From NCBI RefSeq assembly GCF_000150275.1, contig NW_002060957.1, positions 294,970-358,969 of the forward strand: a DNA stretch of 64,000 nt, written 5' to 3'. Both the position numbers and the translations under genes were made by a program. The notes under the pieces were generated by a model. That model had not been told where the DNA came from and searched no databases. It saw only the letters and a program-made list of their open reading frames with translations. Below are positions 48,318 through 62,929 of the stretch, piece by piece. The stretch comes from Trichoplax adhaerens (Eukaryota; Animalia; Placozoa). The stretch's first letter is position 1, and every line of letters starts with the position of its first letter.

Positions 48318-51300
48318 TTAGATGCTACCAATTCGCCGTTCTAATTCCATTTCAAGGCGCACCTAATGATAGCGAGATATAATAGCAACATTTAGATCAA
48401 TCCTTTAGAACAATTTCGGATAAATTAGTTTATCACCCAACTAACCATTTCTTGCTTTGCCTCTTCTAGCTTGACCTTTGCTAATGAAATATCCTAAGAG
48501 AGTAGACAATATTATGATGAAAGATATGTACCATAAGGGTATGTAATTTACATGAATCAATTCAAACGTTATCTGCAGTCTTTAAAGGACGACTTACAGC
48601 TGGCAAGCTATGGTATGATTTCCATTTAGCTTGTAATGGTGCAAGTTCTTCTTTTAGCATTTGTAGATCCTAAACGGCAGTGGGCTTGTTATTAGTCATA
48701 TAACTTAAACAAACGTCTAAAATCAATTACTGATGGTTGATTACGTATATCATAATTTATGGTAGCTAAGTGTGATACCGTGAGCTCTTGAGATAGTTAT
48801 AACGTTAACTATTAAACAATTATTAGCTAGTAAATTTTTAACCTTTGCTCTTTTAACAAGGTTGGAATGATAAAGTGAGGGATCCATATTTACTTCTTTA
48901 TTTGCTTTCTGAAATTTGTTATTTATGCATTAATGACTTTAACAAAATCAAGATAAACGTGACTCTAATCAGAACCCTAAGCAGGTAATATGCGTATGTA
49001 ATATTATGATATTTTGCTAACATTAAATAGTACAACTATCCAGCGTAAGTATTCTGCAATAAGATTTTAATGCAATTAATAGGAGAACGGCATAACTTTT
49101 GATTCCTATGCAGTAGCTGAAAATTATTTTACTGGTGGGTAATCCCACCGTACGCGTCGATATCGCTGCTTGCTAATGACAAATGCTTTAATCATAACCT
49201 GAACGCGATATAAAATAATCTGCCATTTACTACATTGATATGAAACAACATTATAAACTTGCTAAAGACGGAATACAATCGGCTAAGGCTTTATCAAATA
49301 ATATCATGCTAAGAATATAATTTCGCGAAGTCATACCTTTAGTTCTGTAATAATTTTTTGATATTCTTGACTTTTACGTCCTAAAAAGGCTGTTTCTCGC
49401 AAACGTTGCTCTAATTTTGGTTCAGTTTCAGCTGCATGGTCAGTTAGTTCGCGTAATGTCCTACATAATCATGTTACACAATCACTATTGTAAGCGAAGC
49501 AGAGAAGATATCCCTTTATACCAAATGACAGACCTTTTTAATGCACTGGATTTGACAATACTGTCCCTATGCTTGATAGTTAGGGCATCAATTAATCTTT
49601 TCTCCATGTTGTGCATTCGTTCTACTGATCTAGTGTCGCGTGCCAAGTGATGAATGCCACAGTAGTAACTAAAAGGCGTCCATATCAAAGTTGTAATTAT
49701 TAATAACTATAATCACATTCGTTAATTATGTGCAATCATAGCAATTCACCATAGCACTTAGTATGTATGATCTTCCATGAATATACTACATCGTTGAACT
49801 CTTTGCTTGCATACCTACTTATCGAGGTGTCTTTTAATTTCAGAATTAATGCTATTTTAGCTAGGTTGTTTAAGCTGACATTGCCGGATTGTGATAGGCT
49901 ACTTTTGTCTAGTCCAAGTGTGGAAAGGATTGTCGATAGTCGAAGAGCTGAAAGTTGCAAACACTTGCTTAAGAAATATTAAATTCATGTGCTTTAAAAA
50001 ACTAAATAGCGCTATTCCCGTTGAAAAAGTAAATAAATCTGATATCAATCCATCAGGGTAAAGAGCCCGAATTATGCCTATCCTAATTTCCTATTACTAG
50101 AATGCAATGTAATATTGTGCTTCACGTTACTACTGGGTAATATTGAATGTAAATACTACTATGAAAATGATCGATTTACAACCAGCTAAGTTATCGTGGT
50201 CAATAAAAGTATTTCAGGGACAAGAACTTTATACTATTCGAGTGTCAATAATTTTCACACACAATTACTTATCCAGCAGAGCTCTGCAAATGATGTCGAA
50301 AATAATGGGCTACAATCCTACATACTATACGCGTATGATTGTTTAGAGCTATAACAACAGTACTTTCATTTACCTTCGTAGCTATATTCTAAAGCCTTTT
50401 GCTTAACATCTTCAATGAGATTGTGTGCATCGTTGTCACAAACTTGATTTAATTTATATAAATTCTCCAACATATTCATAGTAGTAGCATTGACTTCGTA
50501 TTGCGGTACAGGTTGTCCATCGAACAATCTCTCAAGCCAGCTATGGATCTTAATAACAAAACGTTGCATTTACAATTTTGGATAGACACTGTATTACAGC
50601 TACTACAGTAGGAATACTTGCTTATCATTATCATTGCATACAGCACATGGACTCGAATTGAGTTATTTATTTTGCCTTATATCCTGCTAGTACTATCCTA
50701 CAGTACATACATGTATTTACAAATAGAAAGTAGTTCAATATTTATGCTTTGATCGTTTGCTACAGTATTCCATTCATTCCAAACTACCAACGTCCGACGA
50801 AGTAGTATCCTAATGAAAGCGAGCTTCAAGCCCACCTACACTTCTTCTATGCTTGTCATGATGAATTGTATTTATTATACAACAAGGAGTCATCAATTGA
50901 TAAATGATCGGTCGGTTTGATTCTATGTGATATGCTTACTCCATAAGCTAGATACTGTAATCCAGTATTTATCATGGCTAAATTTATAGTAGACATCAAG
51001 GAAGCTATACAACCGTTGGATCGTGAACTACTGTTATTGAATAAACTGAAAGATGATAAATTGATATTGGTCTACAGTATTCCTCATTATCAGCGCTAAA
51101 AGCTAGAAAAGACACTATTGTATCATGGCTAAATCGTGTAGAACTATCCGTTGATACTACCTACAGTTTTTCTCATGATAAGATTACTGCAAAAGCTAGA
51201 CAAGATAAATATGAAACAATATCTAAATCTACTTGTCTACGGTACTACCAAACTACAGTTCAGTCCACTAAGTGCAGTACGCCTATACTATATAGTGGTA

Positions 51301-51382
51301 GCTTGATCGTAGTTTCATCAAGCTGCAAGGGTTTGATTTATCAATAAGAAGGATGCCTTACTTCTTGTAACTTTTCTTCCAT
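48318..51382 (-). CDS. HAUS1: HAUS augmin-like complex subunit 1
   Basis: MEEKLQE|IHSWLERLFDGQPVPQYEVNATT..LIEDVKQKALEY; LKDTSISSY; DPSLYHSNLV; SYHSLPA|DISLAKVKLEEAKQEM; stop TAA at 48318-48320. Confidence 0.88.
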
Positions 51383-52840
51383 TTTGACTTGTCATAAACA
51401 GCTTCAATCGGAAATGGTGCAACTTAATTAGCAAACTAGGCTAGATTTCAATTCTCCTTTACTTGTATATCGTAGTTTAATCTTTGGCTTTGGCTCTTCA
51501 CTCTTGCTTGATTGGCGATGTTGAGGTAGATCGAAACATGATGACCCACTCAATCCATCGTACATAGAACCTCCACACAACAAATGATTAATGATTGCAG
51601 TTTTAGAAGTGCTGCAAGAGTATTTCCAAGTTTTAATTTCAATCTACAACACTGCAATCTAAAATTGACAATTATTGTAGGCCTAAAACAACGCTCTACA
51701 GCGAGGATTAGCGAGGATTAAGTGGCAATCTTTAGGCAGTAAACAAAAAACCGCGCAAAGTTTGAAACTGCTCAGGCGCAGTTTGGCTTAATCTTCCTCT
51801 ATCCAGTTGCCATACTGTACTATGGTTTGACTGGTGTTGTTTGTGTAGGTTGAATAGGGCAGGTTATAGTATGATACCAGTGATACGGTACATCAATTTT
51901 ACTCAGTTTGATTTCTCGATATCGAGTCAGAAAGTTATCTTCAACAGCGCTATTTAGCAGATCAAGTAGAGTCAAAACGATCTAGCTGACGATTTTGCTG
52001 GTCATCTCAATGGAATCGTATGTCTAAAACGGTGCACTATACTATCCAGGATTGGCGGTTACTAAGTTGGTTTTGTACAGTCTAGTAGACGGTTTCAGTG
52101 ATAGCGTATAGTAGAATGACCGCAAAATAGTCAAGCTAAATGGTCATTTTGCACATAACTTCCGTTCTCCGTCCGTCCCTGGTTAATAATAATTATTTTA
52201 GTTTTTTTAATAATAATAATATTATTATTATTTTTCAGGGACGGGCAAAACTGGTGTAGACCTACAGTGTGTAAAATTGATGTCGCAGACAAGCTTTGCA
52301 CTAGGCTATGACTGATGCTTAATTTACGACATTGACTTTACACAGACGCGCATACTGCAGGTAAGACATGCATAGAAAATACAGCAAGAACTCCAGTTTC
52401 TTGAAAACTTGACTTTAGTTTATGAGATTGGGTTCGTCTTACAGCTACCAAGGATTATCTAGCTGCAATCAGACTCTCTCTGGACTATAGAATGTTCGTC
52501 TTCAGCTTATTTGAGGTAACACTACAAATGCGCAGATAGCGTGTATAGTAGAATGATCCCAGAATAGTCAACCTCATCATTATTTCGCACTGGTTGCCGT
52601 CCACTCCTTACTTTCCGGACTAGAGTCCTTATTAAGATGGAAGTAACATCCATGGAGCTCATTTTTTCCCTTCAGTTATTTAGCCTTCAATGCTTATCGT
52701 ATAACGGTGTTATTTTAATACGGCAGCCATAAGTCTAAGAACAACTGCAATAGCGGCTGCGCTAATGAAAGGCTTCAAGGCTGAATGGAGTGAAAACGCA
52801 AGCCGAACTCGATCGAATTAGTTGGTGATTCTCTAAGCCC

Positions 52841-52953
52841 AAAATGACTACAAGCACTATCCAAACTCTTGCATCACCACAGAAATGGTGAACTCAAAAT
52901 GACTGCAAGCACTATCCAAACACTTGCATCACCACGCTAATGGTGAACCCAAA
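52841..52953. repeat. 56-bp tandem duplication
   Basis: AAAATGACT(A/G)CAAGCACTATCCAAAC(T/A)CTTGCATCACCAC at 52841 and 52897. Confidence 0.85.
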
Positions 52954-55900
52954 TCGCACCCTAGAGTCCGAGTTCAAGTCGTGTACACCGCTTACAGACG
53001 TACAGACCATGGACTCCTTCAAGAGTTCAAGTCCCATGTGCATTGTACGCTAAATGTACAGTACTGTATGGGTGTACATACCTGTTTTGCGCACTCGAGA
53101 AGTACACTGAAGGACAGCATTACTTTACGGTATATCAGCACTAAGGAGATGATGTTTCCTTTCCTTCTTCATTGCAACCAATTTCAAGGATAGAATTTTA
53201 CCAGTGCACTATCATCGAATAGACAGCTGCATCCTTAATGCACTCATCAATGACTGCAGGTGCCATCTCTGCATTCATGGGAGATGGAAATTGGAAAGGC
53301 TACGTATGCTGTAGACGTTGTGAAAATACGAGTAGATTGTCGACGACCGTTATAACGGTCGGGAGAAATCGCGTGAGCCAGAAATACGGGTAGCAGGTTG
53401 CTACGGCAGCAATGCACTAGCCTACTAGCTCGTTTAGGAAGGAAGAAAAGAAAGAAAGAATACTAGAATGGAAACAATGACTTATAGCTTACGGGAAGGT
53501 CAGTGGGCCAAGTCAGGGATAGCCAGAAGCTTTCAGTGCAGCAAGCGCTTAATTCAAGATGGAGAGACAAAGGCTGTCACAAGTCACGGTCAAAAAGGAT
53601 AAAAGGGGAGAAAGACAATCAGCCCTTTTACTCATAATGCAGTACACAAGATTTTCCAGTATACTGTACAGGATTATCATTTTCCCCAGTAGGAGTTAAA
53701 GCTGCAGCTAGATCCTTCATGAGTATTGAAGAAGTTCGCCAGGTCAAGTTGACCCTCGTTTAGAAATAGGATGTATACACAAGTACTATACTATACAACA
53801 CACTAAAATGAGACGTCGTTTGGATATTCAATGGCGATTGATTAATCAGCAATCAACAATTATTGAATCATGACGGTACTGCTAGGTAGAACACAGTAAA
53901 AGCGCAATAATCGAATTCTCCAATCGTGCCTAGATCATTATTAGTTGCCGCCTGCAGTCGGATTAAAACTAGAAATCTGAACAAACCGGCACTTTGATCG
54001 TTTTTTGTCTAATCATGTCGTGAATCAAAATTAGTTACAGGTATGGTGACTAATTCGACACTTTTTATCAATGATTCTTGCCGTCGACTAGTCACAAGCG
54101 ACTCTTTTCAAACTGAAATCTTGACCGTACGTAATTATTTGCATGCATAGCTTGTAAATTGATAGACGTGATCACTAATTGGCCTTGAATTGTCTTCACT
54201 TGACCTACTCATACTGTACTAAATAATTCTTCATAAACAACAATAAAAGCATTATTAGAATAATTCACTGTTGCATAGAATGGATCAATAGCCTAATTTG
54301 ATACAATTCGTATAAAGTCTGCAGGATTAAAATAATGCAAGTAGAATGATAACCTAATGACCATAATTTCATTACACAGCGTCAAACTATGTCGAGGATA
54401 GCGTTATCAATTCTATAATGCAAGTAAATCATCCTCTAATGCTCTTTCATGCAAAGCTAGCAGGCGATATTGGGAACTGATCATGGACGTATTATGCATT
54501 CGACAATCTATTTTCCTAGTCATGAAATGTACAATTCTACTGAATTACAGAGTGCATCTTAATCGTACTTAACGTTGGGATACGAACTGTTGCTAAATTG
54601 TTCTATGTGGTCCATTATTAGTTGCATATTGCTATCATAGCCAATGATCGTTATTCAATTATGGTGATCGTCTCGGATGATACATTGTATCAATAGGGCC
54701 TCGTGTCTTCTGTACACAAATTGGCAGCTTCGATTAGATTGATATTCGTTGATTTTTTTTTATTGTTTGCTATCCATCATTATTTAATTACGTGGCTGTC
54801 TTGTGACAAAAAAAATTAACCTTAAGCCTTATATTGTTCCTCCTCTGTTTATTCTTTAACGTTGCGACCTTAATAACAAAGAAATATGCTCCAAGTTTTG
54901 TTGAATCAATAAAGCCGCAACCAAACTCAATGCCATGGTTATAACTTATAACCCCACCTGAAGATGGGTCCATTTTTCAATCGAGATCATAACCAGGAGT
55001 ACTTGCTTATACGAAAATCCATGTAGTGTAATCGTATACTGACAAGGAGTGAATGAAAACAGATGTAATTTTGGTGCCTGTTGTATCGATCATTCTCTTC
55101 TATCAATAGTTGACTCTATATTGATGGTATACAAGTATACACTACGTCAAATCAACATAAGTTAAGATTGTATCCATGACATGGCATGAATGAAGTAGAA
55201 ACAGCTATCCACTTGACAAGGTTACCAATGCAACGATGACATAATAGTATTTTAATATTTCCATCAATGGATTAACCATCTGTTACTACGTCCACGGACT
55301 TTGTTGTTAAATAATCAAGTACAACATTAAAAATATTTTGACAATGTACACAGATGACAGGTATCAATATATCAATATAATGATACGGTAAAAAAAACAT
55401 CGACTTCGTTGGCTGGACAGTTGCCTCGTCATTGGATAGCCGATAATAATAGCAATCGTCTTGCATGGTAGACTTTTTTGTAACATATCGATTAGAAAAA
55501 AAGTTGAAATATCATCCTGTAATATGCCTCCTTTAAAATGAATTTCAATTCAAATTTGCCCAACACAACACTGAATTTAAATGATCAAAGTTTATTGTTA
55601 GTAATTTGAATAACCGTTGATTCATTAGTGACATAAAAATCATCCTTTCAATTTAGATACTCGAATACTAAATGAATTTATCATTTTTTGAAAGGTTGGA
55701 CAAATAATCGATGAATAATTCGTGCTGATGGAAGAGAAAATATGGTCCATTACTTGATCATGTTGTATTGTTCTAGTCAGTAGAAAGTCAAATGTTTAAT
55801 TTACTGATCATGCATAAGATACACAAGGTGAAGCAGTAACAGGCCATAGTCGTTAATAGGATTAACAATGGCCACTTTAAATTCAGTCATTTCTTCTATT

Positions 55901-58201
55901 GGATTCAATCAATGATACCTTCAAGGATAGATGCAAGAGAATAAAACTGTTGCTTAATAATGTAGAACGAAAATTCATTCTTAATCAATTTAGGAAATGG
56001 GCTTATTATACTTTAGATAAGGAGAAGGCAATTCATAAATCAATACTTGAAGCAAATGATTGTTTCTCTTACTCAACCCATTCGTTGTCATTAATAAGAG
56101 TTATTTGAAATATCTATCTCACCACCTTGACCTCATTAATTCCAATGCCACTATTGCATGATGGATCAGGTAGGCATTTATTATTGTTTCATCAAACAGC
56201 GGCTATTTTCTTCTTGGCTTTTTTGTTGATAACAATTGAATAGATTGCAAGCCAATCGAAGTCAACTATTGATATTGACAATATATATTAATTATTTCAT
56301 AACACGATGGCGATCAAGATGATTAAAGAGATCGAAATAGCATCATTGACTGAGAATGATGAAGTGATCAAGTCATCATCCTTGTTGGCAATCGACTAAA
56401 GGCAATCATATTGTTTGTAGGCCACACTTTCAAATCCAATCGATTGATTGTTTTATTCTTCTCACATTAGTTAAAATACTTAAATGGTTAGCACATTTTT
56501 TATTCTCCATGTAATTGCAGATGTTACCTTGATAATCGACAAGCTATAGTATTGTCTATATCTAAAAATGCCATTTACGCTAGTTAGTTGATGCAATCGA
56601 TTAACCAACTAATCAACAAGTCGAATTGATCAATCAATGGAGAAATAATTGGAATGTGGATGTTGTATCGACGCTGTTGTCTTCCGACTAAAGCGAGCAC
56701 AAAAATAAAAATTTATTAACAAAGGAAGTCCACAACGGAAGTCTAATCATATGATAAGGATATTTAAGATGCATAGTTAAGAATTATTGGAATGCTATCA
56801 TAGATGGATTAATCTAGCTTTTATAATCATTTATTAATAACTGCTACAACGATAATTAAAATAAGGGTTTCACGTTGAAAAAGTGAAAGAACAATCGATT
56901 TTAAAATTCACCCTGTGGTAACTAGAATCGCTAAAAATGATCCTTCACTGAGAGTGATCAGTATCCAATGGATGTCTTTTTATCTACTCTGTTGTCATAA
57001 GCGATTATTATAATGATTATAATTTTCAATCATCGACTATCGCTGTCATCAGCATAATTTCTTATAACAACTCGTTGGTTGAATATAACTACAGTCTAGT
57101 GTCAATAAAGTTATATTATAAGAAAATACGGTTCAACCATATTGATGGTGATAAATTGAAATTGGTTGGATTTAATTTAAGGTGGATTTTTGGATCATAG
57201 TGAGATTTACTAGTTGAAAAGCTCAAGTAAACAATAATAAACGACTATAATTTATAATGAGGCATCCGTAATTGTATCAATCATGATCAAGAGACGATAA
57301 TATTGCCTTCTTTTCTAATTTTATTGAAATGAAAAGAATAGATAGCATTGATCGAAAATAGAATTACTCTTTCTAAGACTGTCAAGGAATCAAGGTTATA
57401 TCACCTTGCATTGGGTATGCTTGACTTCTCTCGATAATCCATACTGCTACTCAAGACTTATCGTAGATCTTATAATAACAACTTTAGCCCTAGTTAGCCA
57501 TACAATTATCAATTAGAATGATAACTGGAAATTAGTACAATATTGTTATTTCTAATTGGATAGTAGAATCAATAAACAATAGATAGAAACAACATTATCA
57601 TCCTAACAGATGCAAATGATTTTTACGTTAATCAATTCAGCGGATACTAACAAATCAACATAAAACAATATACAGAAGTTTGGTGAAAAAGAAAAAAATT
57701 GCCCACTCCTTTTTCTTGCGTGACTCATAACTTGCCTCCATCAGTATACAACTAGTTGTTCTCAAAGTGGTTGTCTCGCTAGCGCCGTTCTTATCCACTA
57801 GGCCAATACTTTGATCAGACCAGACTAGTCAATTTTTAATTTTTAGTTATTTTATTTCATTAATTTTTATCAATTTGGCTAATTTGATTGCGTATTGATT
57901 TGAACCGACTTGGCAACTGAAAATTACAACGGAAATACTGGCTATATTAAAAGCGGCTGTCATCTTTCAATATCCGCCATTCTAGACAATTCGTTTCTTA
58001 TTTCAATCTTCTTTGTCGATAACGTTACTACAAATTTTTTCCTGCGGAATTCTGTTTAAATTATAGTTTTAATTTTTCTTTTTTTGGAAGTCTCTCCACA
58101 TTGGACTCCATTACTGTATAGCATCAACCAAATCTTTTCTTAATTTCTGTACCATCTTTGAAAGAAGAAGTTGTAGCGGCGATTAATTAAATTAAATTAC
58201 A

Positions 58202-60285
58202 ATGAACACAACGACATCATTAATCACGTCGCCGAGCGTGATGACCAATAGCTCAATGCTCAAATCTAATTTTACTCCTGAAAATGCGTTAGTATTCATG
58301 ATTTTACAGACGTTTTTCGTCTGTATTGGAGCACCTGGTAATGCTGCGGTAGCTTATTACACCATAAAAAAAAACATGAAACTAAGTGATATTATGATAC
58401 TCATTTTGGCACTATCCGATGGACTTTATTGCATCGCTAGGTAAGATGATTTTGGATCGTGTCGAGGTTAACTCGTTACGCTTCTCTAAAAACTAAAACT
58501 AGATGCACCTGTATACTCAATAAGGACGTTGATAATACATAAATCCAATGAATTTAGAAATAGAAATTCGATATCTTTCCAATTTTCACGATTGTTTCAT
58601 AAAGTAGTGCTAATCCTAGCATAAGATATCATCAACTTTAAGCGTCACTAACGGAGCAGAGTTACTTTTAACGGCTATTACATACGTTATCATAAACCCT
58701 TATTAAAGTAAAATTAGTCCATCTTTCGCATCTTATTGCCGGTTTCTTCCGTAGCTTTACAACGTTACTTTCATTAATAAGAAAGAAAAAGTATAGTTAC
58801 TTTCTGGACATTGCAAAGAGTAATAACATTAATAGTACGACATTTTTTTTTTGATGCTTTCTAAAATTAACCTAACGATCAGGCTTAAAATAGCCTTGAT
58901 TCTGGTTTTGTTAAGTCATTTACCGAATAAAAGTTCTTACTGTTATCAAGCATAAACTTAAAAATACTTTATTTTACCTCTTAGTTGTCACCTTTTTAAT
59001 TATACGTTTTCAATCGTATTACGTTAATCATATTTAATGACTATTCAGCCTTTAATATCTATTCATCAAAAGATGAATCGATCAAGTTGTTAAGTATTTA
59101 TGTCTAATTAATGACAGGATGTTATTCATATTTAGAAAATTTCCTTCGAAAAATAATTTATCATTTTGGCTTACCATAATTTTAATTTCTCTCTTTTCTT
59201 TTCAATATTATCCTACCATAAATTCTTTGGTTTCAACGCTATGATCGTTCAATTGGGGTAACACTTTCACACCTTGCTATTTTACTTCTAAACAACCACC
59301 TATGGTGAAATAATTTATCGGCACGTATAATAGCTATTGCTTTATCTTTCCCGATATGCTAAAAGTCTATCTAGGCCAGTTAGCTCATCCGTCTAATACT
59401 CCAATTTGTCGCTTTGGAATTGCTGTTCCCTTGTATTTCGGCATTGTCAATATCTATTGCATGACTGTATTAGCTATAACACGTTACCTAGCTATCGTTA
59501 AACCTCGCTATCTGAAATTGATTAAAGAGAAGAGAGGCGTTTTTGTGTTGGTATCATTAAACTGGCTATTACCGTTAATTTTTTCCTTGCCACAAGCTTT
59601 GGATGAATGGGGTAGTTATACGTATTTCCCGGATATTGGCGTATGTGCGGCACTTTACTATTATAGCCAAGGTTCTTTGGTTGCCTCTTACTATATCTGC
59701 TTAATTCTCTTTGTGGTCATGATTCCAACCACATTTATCGGATGGAGTTATCATCAAATCTACCTAGAAGTACGCCAAAGTCGTTTTCGTGTTATGAACA
59801 GTGTTAAAAAGAATAAAAAAAACATCATCAACAAGAATGCTAATGGAGTTAATACTTATAGCCAGCGGCGGCAAACTCAAGCAGCTGGAATGTCACAAGA
59901 AAGGCGTAATCGTGAAATTGCCTTGGCTAAGACATTATGTATTATTGTTATTACCTATCAGATCTCTTATATTCCTTATAGTGTAGTCTCTCTCTACGAC
60001 TACTTCGCCGAGCCGGCACTTGCCTTCGTCTTTCAATACAACTTTTTAATGGTAACTTACATTGGTAATATTGCCAATCCAATTATTTTCTTGCTCCGAA
60101 GTAAAAAGTTTAAACATAAGGTGCTTAAAAAGAAATCAACCATCTCCAAAAATGCCTCCTCAACGTCGGAAACATTGCAGAGTGGACCACCTGTTACGCT
60201 TCAAGCTATTACGGTAGAAAATGTTCACTTAGCCGATGACGATTATGATTCATCAGATAACTATAGTGATGTTAGATCGTTATAA
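58202..60285 (+). CDS. Orphan class A (rhodopsin-like) GPCR, 2 exons (58202-58440, 59334-60285)
   Basis: N-terminal N-glycosylation sequons, TM1 GN, TM2 LALSD, TM3 Cys and LAITRY, TM4 W, ECL2 Cys, TM5 P..Y, basic ICL3, TM6 SYIP, TM7 NPIIF and helix 8 SKKFK. The phase-2 GT-AG intron is in frame. Confidence 0.9.
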
Positions 60286-62879
60286 AGTATCTTAAAGAGA
60301 AAATTTTTAATATAATATTATTAACCAATTGCTTCTTCAACTCATAAGATCGAAGAAGAAGACGCCAGAGAAGACTTTTAGACCGCAATACGTAAAAACA
60401 AACGCCGCCGTTCCATCTAGCGTAAAAAAAAAATAATAGACAGGCTAACGCTATTCTCAATATCTAATCATTCATAACGTTAACTAACTAATCCAGTTGC
60501 AATTTATAACAAAAAATCGTATTCTCGCCAGTCATCTCAATATTATCATTTAATCAAACAACATATTATAGGAGCATCCATTTCCATTATCGTCTCTGTG
60601 CCACAAAATCATGACCGTAATCCAGTATTTATGATGCAGTTCTATTCAAGACGCTACGCTTCGTTCGTAATGTAGATTTTGATGTTCTTATTATAGTTAT
60701 TCAATATTATACATCCAGTCCAAGGTTAATATTCAAATTAAAAATTGGATTGTAATGATTGAATTTGGCATCCATATGATTATTGTCTATGTATCGCGTC
60801 TACTCATGGCACATTTCACTAACACCTATGGCAACGGTAATAAAAATATTATCAACATTGGTATTGAATCATTATATCTATCGATGGCAAGAATTTAAAA
60901 ATGGCATCAATAGAACACTATTATATAATCGATCGATGCAAGAAGGCTGTCAGCAAATATCAATGTATAAAGTGATTTTATTTTTAATTCAAGCATTAAA
61001 AAATGAGAATTTAAGAAAAGTCTTTAATAATTCATTAATCAATTGGTTTTGGTACGTCATGATAGCTCAAAAGATTTTGATCAATCAGGTTAGCAAATCA
61101 ACATTCTATAAGTCTTCAAAAATCAATATTATATCCGTAAGAAACTTTGATAGATCCGATCTGAATTTATAGATGAATTTTGTCTTATTCGAGTTTGATC
61201 TCATTTACTGTTCTATCTTTTACGTGTACGGTTCTTTCACTGCTATTAAGAGTGAAGTAATAATACAATTAGCCGTAAAGTATCAGTCTAATAATAATCA
61301 TAATGTTAAACTATCCGAAAAAGACAGTATAATTATCTGTTACTGCATCTTTTCTGAACTAAGATAATTCATATTGTGCTGTATATATATCACTTGTTAT
61401 TAAATTAATCTAATAATTTTTACTTAAGCTATAGCGAGAAAGTGTTCATTGATAGCAATCAATAATGCATTATTCCATTCATGGATATAATTGCTGACGA
61501 GATAAAAATCAAAATAAGAAAGTCATATAGATCAATGCAAAATACTAGCCACGATAAATTTCTCGCTCCGCTTTATTCAAATTAGACGCTACTATATGAT
61601 ACTTTTATGTAAGAATGGTCATTTGATGATATTCAAGCCATTAGAATTATAGAATATGCTAGGAGCATCTTATCGATCCCAATAAATAATTATCATGGTT
61701 ACCATTTTTTGTATTCGCATTGTAACCGTTAGCGGGACCTATCGATTAAAGCTACAATGAATTATAATGGTATTAATATTTTATGACATTTAATAGAATT
61801 CTATCCTGTAGATTATCATGACAATTATAGTATTTGCTTAATTTCATATTATTATATAGCTCATTCTTGAAATTATTAATTGTTAATTATGCCATCTGGA
61901 TATCTTAATCTATGTAATATACGTATCCATTTAAGACAGGAGAAACATTTTTAACTGTCATTAATTTAATCTTATTTTATCTTATAATTTGAGAAGTAAT
62001 CATCTTTATCATTTAAATGCAATCTATTATCTAATAAGGTATGATTGGGAATGATTTATCGTTCATGAATTTAAAAATATAGTATATTTGTATTTGTAAT
62101 ATTCTTTAATAGGTTGATACCTTTGCATCATTATTAGCCGTTTTTTTTATGACAGTCATAATTAAACTTCATTGTTATCCATTCTTTTGTGACATTAAGT
62201 ATAGACTCTACTAATATATACTTGTTTATGTGTTGATAATATACCGGTATATTGTTTCTATAACATGAAATGTCAAAATTGAATTCGTTGATGTATCTTT
62301 CGAGAGAAAAAGTTCTGTATCGACAACAGCCATTGCTGCTCATTTTCGTTAGTATAAAATGAGTAAACTAATGGAACAATCTAGAGTATATTGCTACAGT
62401 TTGCTTTTAATTTGATACGGTATATCCACTTAGGTTTTATTAAGTTTTTTATTTTGATTGGTGTGACAATAATAAATTAATTTTATTATCACATTACTTC
62501 CTTTAGATTCTGTAAATATACGTGCTATATATATAGAATGTATACCGTGTATATGCAGGGACATATATATATATATAAAGATAAGGTAATACCTGTGTGG
62601 AATATATAAATAAGTCGATGATAGTTTACTAATGCTATTCTAAAATCGAATAAAGTCTAATATACTTGTAAGTTAAATTTATTAGTACAATAAAATCTTA
62701 AATCATTGCATCACGTAGATAGATTTACTAACATGCTGTTTTAAAATGTACTTAAAAGTACTTAGCTATATTTCTGTCGTTAAGAGAAGGAAGTGATACA
62801 AATCTTATAATGTATTGAAAAGAGCTCCATTTGCAATCAATAATTATATTGCTTATCCACTACAAAATCTACCGGATAT

Positions 62880-62929
62880 NNNNNNNNNNNNNNNNNNNNN
62901 NNNNNNNNNNNNNNNNNNNNNNNNNNNNN
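62880..62929. other. Assembly gap (50 N)
   Basis: Run of N characters. Confidence 0.99.

Noticed and set aside
52970-53036. Two GAGTTCAAGTC B-box/T-loop-like words (tRNA or SINE)
   Set aside because: There is no pairing T-stem, A-box or cloverleaf.
53492-53556. GGGAAGGTC resembling RNase P RNA conserved region I
   Set aside because: No complementary P4 partner or other conserved regions are found at suitable spacing.
60783-61367. 129-aa and 64-aa ORFs downstream of the GPCR
   Set aside because: AT-rich chance ORFs without domain or splice support.
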